Assembly: GCA_964462215.1 (NCBI GenBank)
Contig: CAYWVZ010000002.1
Span: forward strand, 2,880-66,879
Source of the DNA: an uncultured Candidatus Saccharibacteria bacterium
GTDB lineage: Bacteria; Patescibacteriota; Saccharimonadia; Saccharimonadales; JAUPVS01
DNA: 64,000 bases
Reading direction: 5' to 3'
The first letter of the stretch is position 1, and each line of letters starts with the position of its first letter. The notes beneath the pieces were generated by a model, which worked only from the letters and a program-made list of their open reading frames with translations, was not told where the DNA came from and did not search any database. A program made the translations under genes and the position numbers. Shown piece after piece: positions 38,337 through 47,761 of this stretch.

Positions 38337-38960
38337 CTAACAGGCGCACAGAAACTGTCGATCCCACATAAGATAGGGGATATATTTGTCATCGTCTGAC
38401 TGGATATCGCTATTTAGGGCCTGCCGGATGCTTTTAGCAAACGCCGCCCTACCCTTGGCTACCGCCTCTTTGGCAGAATGCCCCTTGCTGAGCGCACCGA
38501 TAATCTGGTTTGACGGCTCTAAGAATAATGCTGCGGTGCTGTCCTCGGTGGGGTGAGTGGTTTTGCCGGGTTGCGACACCAGGATAAAATCTTCTGAATA
38601 GCCCACGTAGCCTTTAGCGCCGGCTTTAACCGCCTGTACGCCAAGGTTCTGTGCCGATTTACATGATAAAGCGTAGACCATGGCATCTTTCAGGATTTTG
38701 GCCGACTTAAAGTCGACCAATACTCTGTGGTCATGTCCGGCAACGCTATTTTCGTTGCCATGGCCATTAATGAAGATTACTTCTGGTTTCATTTTTTGGA
38801 CAAGGCTTTGAAACTTTTGCTTATTAACATTGGTTTCTTTGAGGGTGTATACTTCGTGTCCGCGGCTTTTTGCCTGCTCGATGAAAGTGCTGGCCCACGC
38901 CGTCAGGTAGCGGGTCATACGGTCATAGTCCGGACAGGTCACCAGTACGCTACTCTGCAT
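38337..38960 (-). CDS. Hypothetical 207-aa protein with a putative clan-CD (caspase/gingipain-like) His-Gly ... Ser-Cys dyad.
   Basis: Hydrophobic strand plus GHG (EVIFINGHGNE, His67) and hydrophobic strand plus SC (MVYALSCKSA, Cys100). The 33-residue spacing is as in gingipain. Confidence 0.35.
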   Translation of the reverse strand: MQSSVLVTCPDYDRMTRYLTAWASTFIEQAKSRGHEVYTLKETNVNKQKFQSLVQKMKPEVIFINGHGNENSVAGHDHRVLVDFKSAKILKDAMVYALSCKSAQNLGVQAVKAGAKGYVGYSEDFILVSQPGKTTHPTEDSTAALFLEPSNQIIGALSKGHSAKEAVAKGRAAFAKSIRQALNSDIQSDDDKYIPYLMWDRQFLCAC

Positions 38961-39168
38961 AATCGTATAATGAACCGTCCTTCAGTGCCTGGAAAAAGGC
39001 ACGTTCAATTTCTATCATTTGTTTACCAATAGCATCACCCGACTCAACGTGTTTCAATAAATCGATTTTTGACAGTTCCCCGCTGCCGCCAATCGAGATG
39101 GTTGTGCCGTCGGGCATGGCTTGAATTCTGGCGTACACCAATTTCTGAAAGTCGCTGCTACTACTCAC
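38950..39168 (-). CDS. Hypothetical small protein (72 aa).
   Basis: ORF. Abuts the upstream 77-aa ORF stop-to-start. Confidence 0.3.
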   Translation of the reverse strand: MSSSSDFQKLVYARIQAMPDGTTISIGGSGELSKIDLLKHVESGDAIGKQMIEIERAFFQALKDGSLYDYAE

Positions 39169-39402
39169 TTAGATTACCTCCATTTCAATAAGTTTCTTCA
39201 TAATACGCTTGCCGAGCTCCGATTCTTCCTTAAGTTCCAGATATACGGCGTTCCAGGTCATTGGCTCGTCGTCAATGACCACAACAATCTGGTCTTTGAG
39301 GCGCGAGGGCAGGTTAGCGTAAATTTTAAGAAAACGGGATATATCCATTGGTTCTATAGTACTATAGCTGCTCATTTTAGGCACGGAAATTATATTAGTC
39401 AC
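39169..39402 (-). CDS. Hypothetical small protein (77 aa).
   Basis: ORF. Confidence 0.3.
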   Translation of the reverse strand: MTNIISVPKMSSYSTIEPMDISRFLKIYANLPSRLKDQIVVVIDDEPMTWNAVYLELKEESELGKRIMKKLIEMEVI

Positions 39403-39404
39403 CC

Positions 39405-40982
39405 CTAGCCTTCGACGACTTCGTCCAGCTCGGTGTCTTGGCTACTGTCGGGCAGCCAGACGTATGCCACAATCGCCGAGATGCCGATGATGATCGAACC
39501 GACAATCAGCGAGAAGCGGAAACCGCCCATCCAGGCCACGCGCGCAGCTTGCGCCAGGTTCGCGCCCAAAGCTTCCGGCAGCTTGCCGGCCACCGCTAAC
39601 GCGCCCGCCAGTGAGCCTTCGGCGACCACTTTAACGGCGTCAGGCGCGCCGGCCAAGGCCGGCGCGATCTTAGCGGAATAATGCGAGGCCAGCAAGCTGC
39701 CGAGGATCGCTACTCCTAGCGATCCGCCCAGTTCACGCGTAGTGTCATTCATGGCTGAGCCCATACCGGCCCGCGCCCGCGGCACGGCAGACATAAGCAG
39801 GTCTGTGGTTGGCGACATGGCAATACCCATGCCGGCCGCGGCAATACACATAGCGGTAACAAGCCGCAGGTACATCGGCTCCACCCCCATAGTTGCCAGC
39901 ACCAACACACCGATGCCTAGCAACAGCATGCCGCCCGTCACCACCAACCGCTTACCGAACCGTTTAACCAGCTTCGGCGACATAACAGAGGCTATCACAA
40001 TCACAAATGAAAGCGGCAGCATGCGAACCGCCGACTCAAGCGGCGAGTAGTCGTACACAAACTGCATGAGCTGGCTCATATTAAAGAACATTCCCATCAG
40101 CGCAAAGAACACCAGTATAAGTACGGCCGAGCTAATACCAAAGGCCGGTATCTTGAACAGGCGCACATCCAGCATGGGGTGTTTGTTTCGCAACTCCCAC
40201 CAGACAAAAACACCCAGAACCAGCAAGCCAAGTCCGGCAACTCCTATGGTTGCCAGCGAAAGCCAGCCGTGTGTCGGCGCCTCGATAATCGCATACACTA
40301 AAGACACCAACCCTATGACGGACAGGCCCGAGCCGACCAGGTCAAGTTTGGTGTGGTTGGGGTCGCTGGTGCGCGGCAGCAAGTACACTCCCGCGACTAA
40401 AGCCGCCAGGATAATTGGCAAGTTAATCAAAAAAACGCTGTGCCACGAACTATGCTCGAGTACAAATCCCGACACAAGCGGCCCCAGCGCAGTACCGGCG
40501 CCGCTGATTCCGGCCCAGATAGCGATTGCTTTGGCTCGCTCTTTGTTGGGAAAGACATTAGTCAGAATCGAAAGCGTAGCCGGCATGATCATCGCCCCGG
40601 CCAACCCCATTACCGCCCGGGCAGCAATCAATTGGTTGGCGGTTTGCACGCCAAACGCCGCATAGGCTGAAGCACCCGCGAACAATACCAGGCCAAGTTG
40701 CAATATTCCCTTGCGGCCAAAACGGTCACCCAAACTACCGGCCAAAAAGAGGAAGCCGGCAAACACCAATGAGTAGGCATCCACCAGCCATTGCAGCTGC
40801 GCGTTAGTGGCTCCGAGTTCAGAGCTCAAGCGGGGCAAGGCAACGTTCAGCGACGTGTTGCCGACCATCACAATCAGCAGCGATAAGCAAAGCACGCCAA
40901 GCGTGTACCAACGCCGCCGATAGACTTCTTCCGAAACGTGTATTTTTCTCTTTGGCAAGATCCGTTTTAATTTTTCTTTCAC
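39405..40982 (-). CDS. MFS transporter, DHA2 (EmrB/QacA) 14-TM drug:H+ antiporter family.
   Basis: 14 hydrophobic segments. GDRFGRK motif after TM2. Confidence 0.85.
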   Translation of the reverse strand: MKEKLKRILPKRKIHVSEEVYRRRWYTLGVLCLSLLIVMVGNTSLNVALPRLSSELGATNAQLQWLVDAYSLVFAGFLFLAGSLGDRFGRKGILQLGLVLFAGASAYAAFGVQTANQLIAARAVMGLAGAMIMPATLSILTNVFPNKERAKAIAIWAGISGAGTALGPLVSGFVLEHSSWHSVFLINLPIILAALVAGVYLLPRTSDPNHTKLDLVGSGLSVIGLVSLVYAIIEAPTHGWLSLATIGVAGLGLLVLGVFVWWELRNKHPMLDVRLFKIPAFGISSAVLILVFFALMGMFFNMSQLMQFVYDYSPLESAVRMLPLSFVIVIASVMSPKLVKRFGKRLVVTGGMLLLGIGVLVLATMGVEPMYLRLVTAMCIAAAGMGIAMSPTTDLLMSAVPRARAGMGSAMNDTTRELGGSLGVAILGSLLASHYSAKIAPALAGAPDAVKVVAEGSLAGALAVAGKLPEALGANLAQAARVAWMGGFRFSLIVGSIIIGISAIVAYVWLPDSSQDTELDEVVEG

Positions 40983-41419
40983 GATTTCCTTTCCCGGTTT
41001 TGTACCGATTGGCTAACCTTTTTTAATAGCATGGTGAGGGTCTTAAGCTCCTGGTCGTCAAGCACCGAAAGCACCTGTGTAATTTTTACGAGCTTGTGCT
41101 GCTTCATGGTGCGCACATTTTTTTGGCCGGCCGGCGAAAGCCGCAGCTTGGTGACCCGCTTGTCGGTTGGATCGGCTTCTCGTTCCACCAACCCGAGCCG
41201 CACCAAAGCCTCTACCAACTGCGTAGCGGCGCCAGGCGTTACAGTGAGTGATTGCGCAAGGTTGCTGACCGTTATCTTTTTATCGTGCCATATACAAAAG
41301 AGCGCTTCCGCCTGGGCGGGCGGCAACCCGTGGACATGGCCTGGCTTGTTCCGCACAATACCTTTGCGGAAATTGATAAAGCAAAACATAATTTCATTGA
41401 TGCTATCTGCCCGTGACAT
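40979..41419 (-). CDS. MarR-family transcriptional regulator, 4-bp overlap with the downstream MFS gene.
   Basis: Winged HTH LAQSLTVTPGAATQLVEALVRLGLVEREADPTDKR. Confidence 0.8.
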   Translation of the reverse strand: MSRADSINEIMFCFINFRKGIVRNKPGHVHGLPPAQAEALFCIWHDKKITVSNLAQSLTVTPGAATQLVEALVRLGLVEREADPTDKRVTKLRLSPAGQKNVRTMKQHKLVKITQVLSVLDDQELKTLTMLLKKVSQSVQNRERKS

Positions 41420-41514
41420 GCGAGTATCTAACTTTCGATTATTTTAGAATCTAAACTAGATGATACGGATTCTGCGCAACCATGTCAAGCACCAAAAAGA
41501 CCCTGAGTTCTTTG

Positions 41515-41591
41515 TGGTCGGGGTGAAAGGACTCGAACCTTCGACCTCGCGGTCCCAAACCGCGCGCGCTAGCCAACTGCGCCACACCCCG
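41515..41591 (-). tRNA. tRNA-Pro (anticodon TGG).
   Basis: Reverse complement CGGGGTGTGGCGCAGTTGGCTAGCGCGCGCGGTTTGGGACCGCGAGGTCGAAGGTTCGAGTCCTTTCACCCCGACCA. Confidence 0.85.
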
Positions 41592-41670
41592 GTGTTTTCA
41601 TAGGCAGGTACAAGAGGCGATTATAGCTGGTTTAGCCAAAAATTGCCAGATGTGACATAATTATAGTAGC

Positions 41671-41830
41671 TATGAAATATGTGTCGATTTTCTTCACCAT
41701 TCTGCTGATCTGGATAGCCGTTATCCTGATGGCCCTGACGCGCGACAACCCCACCGAAATCTTCCAGCTCTTCTTGGCGGTTATTGGCTCAACGGTGGTA
41801 CTCTTTTTGATCGGCTTTGCCAGGAAATAG
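41671..41830 (+). CDS. Small 52-aa two-TM membrane ORF, 2 nt upstream of ubiB.
   Basis: MKYVSIFFTILLIWIAVILMALTRDNPTEIFQLFLAVIGSTVVLFLIGFARK. Not in the ORF track because it is under 60 aa. Confidence 0.3.
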
Positions 41831-41832
41831 CC

Positions 41833-43404
41833 ATGAAGCAGCAATCTATCGCCGCGATCAAACGCTACCGCACGCGGCGGTTGGCGTCACTGGCTACACG
41901 CTGTTACTATTTGCGGCGCCGGGGCAAAAACCAAGAGATGGCGACTTTGCTGTGTGACGAGTTCGTGGCTTTGGGCGGCGTATACATTAAGTTTTTGCAG
42001 GGTATTTTGCTGCGCAGCCGGTTTTTGCGACAGTGGCAGAGCAACGACCGGCTGAAGATTTTCGAAAACTTAGAGAGTGAGCCGCTCGACGTAGTTAAGA
42101 TTTTGCAGCACGAGTTGCCAGCCGACAAGTTGGCGCAGATCGCCGTGGTGCAGCCACAGCCATTTGCCGCCGGCAGCTTCGGCCAGGTCTATTATGCCCA
42201 ACTAGCCAGCGGCCAGCCGGTGATTATTAAGGTGCTGCGACCAATGGTGCGCGAACTGCTGAAATACGACCTGCGGCTGCTGGGCACCTTCAGTAAAAGT
42301 TTCTTCGCCAAACTGTCCAAGAACATGAATTTAAAAATCGACGAAGCCCTTAAAGAGTTCCGTATAGCGACGCTGCGCGAGACCGATTACCGCCACGAAG
42401 CGGCTTTTGCCAACGACATGTACCAAGCCTACAAAGGCCACCCTAACTTTGTTATCCCGCAAACCTATCTGGAATTATGCACCGATAACATTATCGTGCA
42501 GGATTACGTCGACGGCATATCGGTAGCGCAGCTGATCAAACTCAAGGAACAGGGCGTTGATCCGGTGGCTTACGTGCAGGAGATGCTCGGCTCGGACCTG
42601 GATACCCAGCTTAGCATTTTGGGATACGAATCAATTTTGGGCATTTTTCACCTTGGTAAAATCCAGGGCGACCCGCACCCGGGCAATGTACGGCTATTGC
42701 CCGAAAACCACGTCGGGCTGATCGACTTCGGCATCAGCGCCCAGGCACCGCCCGAAAAAGGCGCCCTGTACGGTATGCTCGAAGCCTACGACCGCATCTT
42801 CAAAGGTTCACAAACCGCTGTCGACTTGTTCGAGCAAGGCCTGCGCTTTTTCGTCAGCGACCTGTACCGTTCGCTGAAAAAGCTGGCTACCATTGCCGGC
42901 AAAGGTACCGACCGCGATTACCTCAGCGAAGTTAGCGGTATGGCCGCCCAAACCTTCAGCGATGTGACCGGCACCGATATTATCGCCGCCGATTTTACCA
43001 AAGACCAAAGCGCGCTCATGATCATCAATGAGGTCGTCAACAAGGGCAACCGCTTCGGCCTAATTATGCGGTTGGAAGCCAGCGACATCTTGCGCACCGT
43101 CCAAACCTACACCGCGTTGGTTAGCAGCCTGGACCGTTACCAGCCGGTGGTAGCACCGATGATGAACCAGGTGGTCGCCGACATTAAACGGCTGCACCCG
43201 GAAGTCCTGACTGACACCGATGACCAGATTGCCGTTGGCGATGCCATCGATATTATAGTAGAGTGGTTAGAGCGAGTGGCTGAGCGGGATCCGGCATTGT
43301 TTAAACAATTGATGGAAAAGATCCGCTTGGGCCGCGACCCGCTGGAAGGCATGGGCATAAAAGGCGTGAAAGAAACCGTTGTCAAGGAGACGACCAATGC
43401 TTAA
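41833..43404 (+). CDS. ABC1/UbiB-family atypical protein kinase.
   Basis: FAAGSFGQVYYAQL...IIKVLRP ABC1 signature. Confidence 0.8.
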   Translation: MKQQSIAAIKRYRTRRLASLATRCYYLRRRGKNQEMATLLCDEFVALGGVYIKFLQGILLRSRFLRQWQSNDRLKIFENLESEPLDVVKILQHELPADKLAQIAVVQPQPFAAGSFGQVYYAQLASGQPVIIKVLRPMVRELLKYDLRLLGTFSKSFFAKLSKNMNLKIDEALKEFRIATLRETDYRHEAAFANDMYQAYKGHPNFVIPQTYLELCTDNIIVQDYVDGISVAQLIKLKEQGVDPVAYVQEMLGSDLDTQLSILGYESILGIFHLGKIQGDPHPGNVRLLPENHVGLIDFGISAQAPPEKGALYGMLEAYDRIFKGSQTAVDLFEQGLRFFVSDLYRSLKKLATIAGKGTDRDYLSEVSGMAAQTFSDVTGTDIIAADFTKDQSALMIINEVVNKGNRFGLIMRLEASDILRTVQTYTALVSSLDRYQPVVAPMMNQVVADIKRLHPEVLTDTDDQIAVGDAIDIIVEWLERVAERDPALFKQLMEKIRLGRDPLEGMGIKGVKETVVKETTNA

Positions 43405-43585
43405 AGAATTTATTCTGTTTATTAAATACCCGTATACCGCCGGTATTATTGCCATTATCTGGCTGGGCAGTGCCGTCCTTATCGCTATTAACCACGGCCT
43501 GCCGATTATTACCATCGTCATTATCGACATGGTTGTCAGTATTATTATCGCCGCCGTCGGCTTCAACGGCAAAAAAGAAATCTAG
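43397..43585 (+). CDS. Small two-TM membrane protein (62 aa) overlapping the ubiB stop.
   Basis: Hydrophobic ORF. ATG at 43397. Confidence 0.35.
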   Translation: MLKEFILFIKYPYTAGIIAIIWLGSAVLIAINHGLPIITIVIIDMVVSIIIAAVGFNGKKEI

Positions 43586-43603
43586 CCAGGCGACAGCCCG
43601 GGC

Positions 43604-44407
43604 TCAGGCCTCAACAATCCGGCGGATATACTCTGCCGAAACTGCCAGGCCGGTTTGTTCGTCAATATGTGCCAACACGGCGTTCAGTTGCAGGGGGCCT
43701 TTGGTTTCGAGCTCATTTTGGTTTTTGGTGCCGTCACGCCAGCGCGGAATGACCGATTCAAAAGCCACGCCCAAGCTGGAATATAGCACACCGCACATGC
43801 CAACATCGCTGATGTAGGCCGTGCCCTTCGGCAGCACCATGACATCGGCCGTCGGTACGTGCCAATGGTCGCCCACCGCCAAACTAACCCTGCCATCCAG
43901 GTAGTGGCCAAGCATTACTTTCTCGCTGCTGTAATCTCCGTGAAAGTTAACCACTGCGGCAACTTTTTTATCATTTTTGGTTTCTTCCAAAATAGCGTCA
44001 ATCACTTGCAACGGGTTGTCGACGGGCTTGTCGGCATCCTTGCCAACGATAGCGCCAAGCAGACTGACTATAAGTACCGGCCCTTTGCTGGTTTTGACGT
44101 ATTTGTACTGACGGCCTGGTGTACCGGCCGGATAGTTAGCCGGCCGCAGCACTGCTTGTTGGGGGTCGTTCAGGTCGTCGTAGATGCCTTGGTTGTACAG
44201 CGTATGGTTGCCGCCGCTGCAGGCATCGACGCCCATTTTCTTGAGCCGCATGAAATCCGCCTTACTCAGGCCCTTGCCGTTGGTTACGTTTTCGGCTTGA
44301 GCAATCACTACATCTACGCTGTATTCACGCTTAATCTCCGGCAGGAGTTTTTCGACTACCTGCAAGCCCGGCTCGGCCATGATGTCGCCAAGATACAGAA
44401 TGTTCAT
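43604..44407 (-). CDS. ymdB: YmdB-family metallophosphoesterase (2',3'-cNMP phosphodiesterase).
   Basis: MNILYLGDIMAEPG...GNH...NFHGD. Follows rny as in Firmicutes. Confidence 0.85.
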   Translation of the reverse strand: MNILYLGDIMAEPGLQVVEKLLPEIKREYSVDVVIAQAENVTNGKGLSKADFMRLKKMGVDACSGGNHTLYNQGIYDDLNDPQQAVLRPANYPAGTPGRQYKYVKTSKGPVLIVSLLGAIVGKDADKPVDNPLQVIDAILEETKNDKKVAAVVNFHGDYSSEKVMLGHYLDGRVSLAVGDHWHVPTADVMVLPKGTAYISDVGMCGVLYSSLGVAFESVIPRWRDGTKNQNELETKGPLQLNAVLAHIDEQTGLAVSAEYIRRIVEA

Positions 44408-45045
44408 AGTTCGACCGTTAGGGCTTGGCCGTTAACGGGCTTTAAAAACCTGATGTTCTTACCGGTATAGAACTGTTCCAAACGATCGTACATGGTGGCG
44501 CGCCACTGGTCGTTCCACATCCAGTCGTGGATTGGAATAATTATTTCCGCGCCGGATTGCTCGCCGGTTGCAACCGCATCGACAGCCGCTTCCCACGGCC
44601 CGGCCAGCGGCAAAAACAAGATCGGTCGGCTGTCGCTAAACGTAATGCTGTCGCCCGGATGGGTTATATTTTTGTAGTTGATCCGCACATTTTGGCAAGG
44701 AGGATTACCGGCCAACGGCGCCATACTGGCATGGTTGAGCGGCACTAATGTCACCTGTTCATCTGACTCAGGGTAGACATGTTGAGCACCCAGCGCGGTC
44801 AGCTTTTTGCAGACTTCCGGCGTGCTCATAAACCGCGCGTCCGGAAAGCGGCGGATCAGTTCTGTTACAAACGGTTCATAGAAGTGGTCAAAATGTTCGT
44901 GGGTGATAAGTACGTAGTCGAGTTTGGGCCACGCCTCTATATGTACCAGCCCTGACTCCCACGCAAACTGGCCCGGGTCGAACAGGGCAACGTTAGCCTC
45001 GTCTTCGACCAGCACGCAAGCATGCATGAACTTTGTCAGCTTCAT
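44404..45045 (-). CDS. MBL-fold metallo-hydrolase.
   Basis: HEHFDH motif. Start at internal Met 45045. Confidence 0.7.
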   Translation of the reverse strand: MKLTKFMHACVLVEDEANVALFDPGQFAWESGLVHIEAWPKLDYVLITHEHFDHFYEPFVTELIRRFPDARFMSTPEVCKKLTALGAQHVYPESDEQVTLVPLNHASMAPLAGNPPCQNVRINYKNITHPGDSITFSDSRPILFLPLAGPWEAAVDAVATGEQSGAEIIIPIHDWMWNDQWRATMYDRLEQFYTGKNIRFLKPVNGQALTVEL

Positions 45046-45079
45046 ACTTCTATTATAGCCCACGCGGGCGGCGATTGGG

Positions 45080-46594
45080 TTACTTGGCGAATTCGATAGC
45101 GCGGGTTTCGCGAATGACGTTGACCTTGATAGTCCCAGGGTACTGCATGCTGGCCTCAATTTTGGTGGCGATGTCGCGCGCCAGCTTAATGGCGCTGAGG
45201 TCGTCGATCTGGCCGGGTTTTACAAACACGCGGACTTCGCGGCCGGCGCTAATGGCGTAGGATTTTTCGATACCATTAAAGCCGTTAGCGACGTTTTCCA
45301 GGTCACGCATACGTTCGACAAAGTTCTCGGCGCTGATATTACGGGCACCCGGACGGGCGGCACTGACAGCGTCGACCACGCGGACAATTAAGGCTTCGGT
45401 GGTGGTGGCTTCCATATCGTCGTGATGCGCTTCGGCAGCGTGGGCAACCGGCTCCGGTACGCCGTATTTGCGCGCCATTTCGCCACTGATGTGGTGGTGC
45501 TTGCCTTCCATCTTGTGCGTTAGCGCTTTACCCATATCGTGGATCAGCGCGGCGTACTTGGCAGTCTTGACGTCAGCACCAAGTTCTTCGGCAATAATAC
45601 CGGCCATGTGGGCCATTTCGGTACTGTGTTTGAGGACGTTCTGGCCGTAGCTGGTACGAAACTTCAACTCACCAAGCAGCTCCAAAACCTCTTTGGGAAT
45701 ACCGATAACGCCGACTTCGCGGGCAGCGTCCTCACCGGCCCGCAAAACTTCTTTGTGGACGTTCTTTTGGGCCTTTTCAACGACTTCTTCAATACGGCCC
45801 GGGTGGACACGGCCGTCTTTGAGCAGCATCTCTAATGCCTGGCGCGCAACTTCACGCCGTACCGGATCAAAGCTGCTAAGTACCACGTAACCAGGTGTGT
45901 CATCAACCATGATATCTACGCCGGTAGCCCGTTGCAGCGCTTGGATGTTACGGCCTTCTTTACCGATAATCCGGCCTTTCATTTCTTCGTCTTCCAATTT
46001 GACGCTGGTAATGGTACGTTCGGCTGTCACTTCGCTGGCCATACGTTCCATAGCCTGCGTGATAACCAGGGCGGCGGTTTCTTCGGCACTGTCTTGAGCC
46101 TCTTTTTGGAGCTTGGCTACCAGGCCGGTCAGGTCGTTTTTAATGTCACGCTCGGTCATTTGCATCAGCTTGTCGGCAGCATCGGCCTTGCTGAGTTTGG
46201 CGATTTTCTCTAGCTTTTCTTGCTGCTTGCCGCGGATCTCGCGGATTTCGTTCTTAAGCTGTTCGACTTCGTCTTCGGCCTTGCGCATTGATTCGCTGCG
46301 CTTGTCCAAGCCGTCGAGTTTTTTGTCCAGAGCCTCTTCACGGTCCAGCAAACGCTGCTCAATAGTCTTGAGTTCTTTGCGGCGGGTCTGCTCGTCTTTG
46401 CGAGCTTCTTCGGCTACCGCGGCCGCCTCTTCGCGGGCTTGAGCCAGTTGTTTTTCGGCGTCTTTTTTAGCAGCTTTGAGTTCTTTGCTGGCGGCATCCT
46501 TAGTGGCGCCCATCCGTTGCCGCGTCACGGCCGTACTGGCACCAAAGCCAACAGCCAGTCCAGCCACAGCCAATACTATGGTAATTGGATCCAT
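45080..46594 (-). CDS. rny: Ribonuclease Y.
   Basis: N-terminal TM, coiled-coil, KH (IIGKEGRNIQ), and HD domain (HSTEMAHMAGIIA...HDMGK). Confidence 0.9.
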   Translation of the reverse strand: MDPITIVLAVAGLAVGFGASTAVTRQRMGATKDAASKELKAAKKDAEKQLAQAREEAAAVAEEARKDEQTRRKELKTIEQRLLDREEALDKKLDGLDKRSESMRKAEDEVEQLKNEIREIRGKQQEKLEKIAKLSKADAADKLMQMTERDIKNDLTGLVAKLQKEAQDSAEETAALVITQAMERMASEVTAERTITSVKLEDEEMKGRIIGKEGRNIQALQRATGVDIMVDDTPGYVVLSSFDPVRREVARQALEMLLKDGRVHPGRIEEVVEKAQKNVHKEVLRAGEDAAREVGVIGIPKEVLELLGELKFRTSYGQNVLKHSTEMAHMAGIIAEELGADVKTAKYAALIHDMGKALTHKMEGKHHHISGEMARKYGVPEPVAHAAEAHHDDMEATTTEALIVRVVDAVSAARPGARNISAENFVERMRDLENVANGFNGIEKSYAISAGREVRVFVKPGQIDDLSAIKLARDIATKIEASMQYPGTIKVNVIRETRAIEFAK

Positions 46595-46770
46595 ATCTGT
46601 TTCCTTTCATGTGCTTGCAGAAGGGTAGCGGCGAGCGATCACTCTCACTTCATTAGCCCGCACGAGCAGCCACATCTGAAAAATCAATTAATAATAGCGG
46701 GTTGGATTTCGTCCCAAAACGTCAAATCCTGCCCTAACTATACGCCGGCGGGCAGGCGGAGGTCAATAAT

Positions 46771-47706
46771 TTAGTCGCGTACCGCAAATACAATCAGCCG
46801 TTGCTGATAGTCATCGCCCTGTAACGACCCTGTGCAGGTCATGAGGTTTAATCCGGCTTTGCCGGGAACGGCCGAAACCAGTGCGGCAGCCATGTCGACA
46901 TCGTCTTTGTCGTACGCCTGGCTTTTAACTACTTTGTATGTAAACGTGCGGCCGTCACCCTGTTCCACTTCTACGGTGTCACCCGCTACTAATTGCTTAA
47001 GATTATGGAACGCACCCGGCCTGGTGGGGCCAGAAACGTGCGCATCCAGCAATACCGCGCCGCCCGGATCACTGGGCTTATTGCTATTTTCATACCAACC
47101 GACGTCAAAGATATTGCTGGGAGCATTCAGTTGGCCATTTTGCTTGACACCCATCCGCAGGACGCGGGAGTTAACGTTAAGCTTGGGAACACGAACATAA
47201 CGGGGAAGATCGGGAGCTACCTGGTAGCTGGAAATATCACCGCTCGATGGTTCGGCTTCGTCGGGATTTTCGTCAGTGTGAACAGTCTCTCCATTCTGAG
47301 CATGCACGGTATTTATCTGCTGGTTCGTCTTGAGCGCCATGAGGCTCACAACTAGTCCGATCAGGAATAAAACGACCGCCATACCAGTTAGGGCTGACCG
47401 CTTGAATGAAAGCTGCGGCAGCCGGAAGCGACGTTCGCGACGAGATGCTTTGGCAACCGGCCTGTCTATAAAGCTTGGTATGGTGAATACCCTGGCTTCT
47501 ACCTGGTCCTGTTCGGGTTCAGCCTCGGTTGCTGTTTGGTCGAATTTCTCTAGAGACACTTCGGAGTCTGGCACTAAGTCCGTCAATATCCGGCGAGGGG
47601 TCGGGTTAGCCCGTTTAACTGCACTAGTCGGCCGAGGCTCACGCGCCTTCAAACGACCCTTGAACGCGGAGTCATATAAGCCAGTTGGTCGTTTTCTTTC
47701 TTCCAT
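46771..47706 (-). CDS. Sortase-family transpeptidase (class E/F-like) with a long N-terminal region and a TM anchor. Alternative start 47796.
   Basis: LLDAHVSGP (His) and LNLMTCTG (TLxTC) catalytic motifs. Downstream of, and overlapping, its candidate substrate gene. Confidence 0.75.
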   Translation of the reverse strand: MEERKRPTGLYDSAFKGRLKAREPRPTSAVKRANPTPRRILTDLVPDSEVSLEKFDQTATEAEPEQDQVEARVFTIPSFIDRPVAKASRRERRFRLPQLSFKRSALTGMAVVLFLIGLVVSLMALKTNQQINTVHAQNGETVHTDENPDEAEPSSGDISSYQVAPDLPRYVRVPKLNVNSRVLRMGVKQNGQLNAPSNIFDVGWYENSNKPSDPGGAVLLDAHVSGPTRPGAFHNLKQLVAGDTVEVEQGDGRTFTYKVVKSQAYDKDDVDMAAALVSAVPGKAGLNLMTCTGSLQGDDYQQRLIVFAVRD

Positions 47707-47761
47707 ATTGTTTGTGTTTAGTTTTGTGTGGGTTGGTCGCCAGGCATTACCGCCGGCGCGG

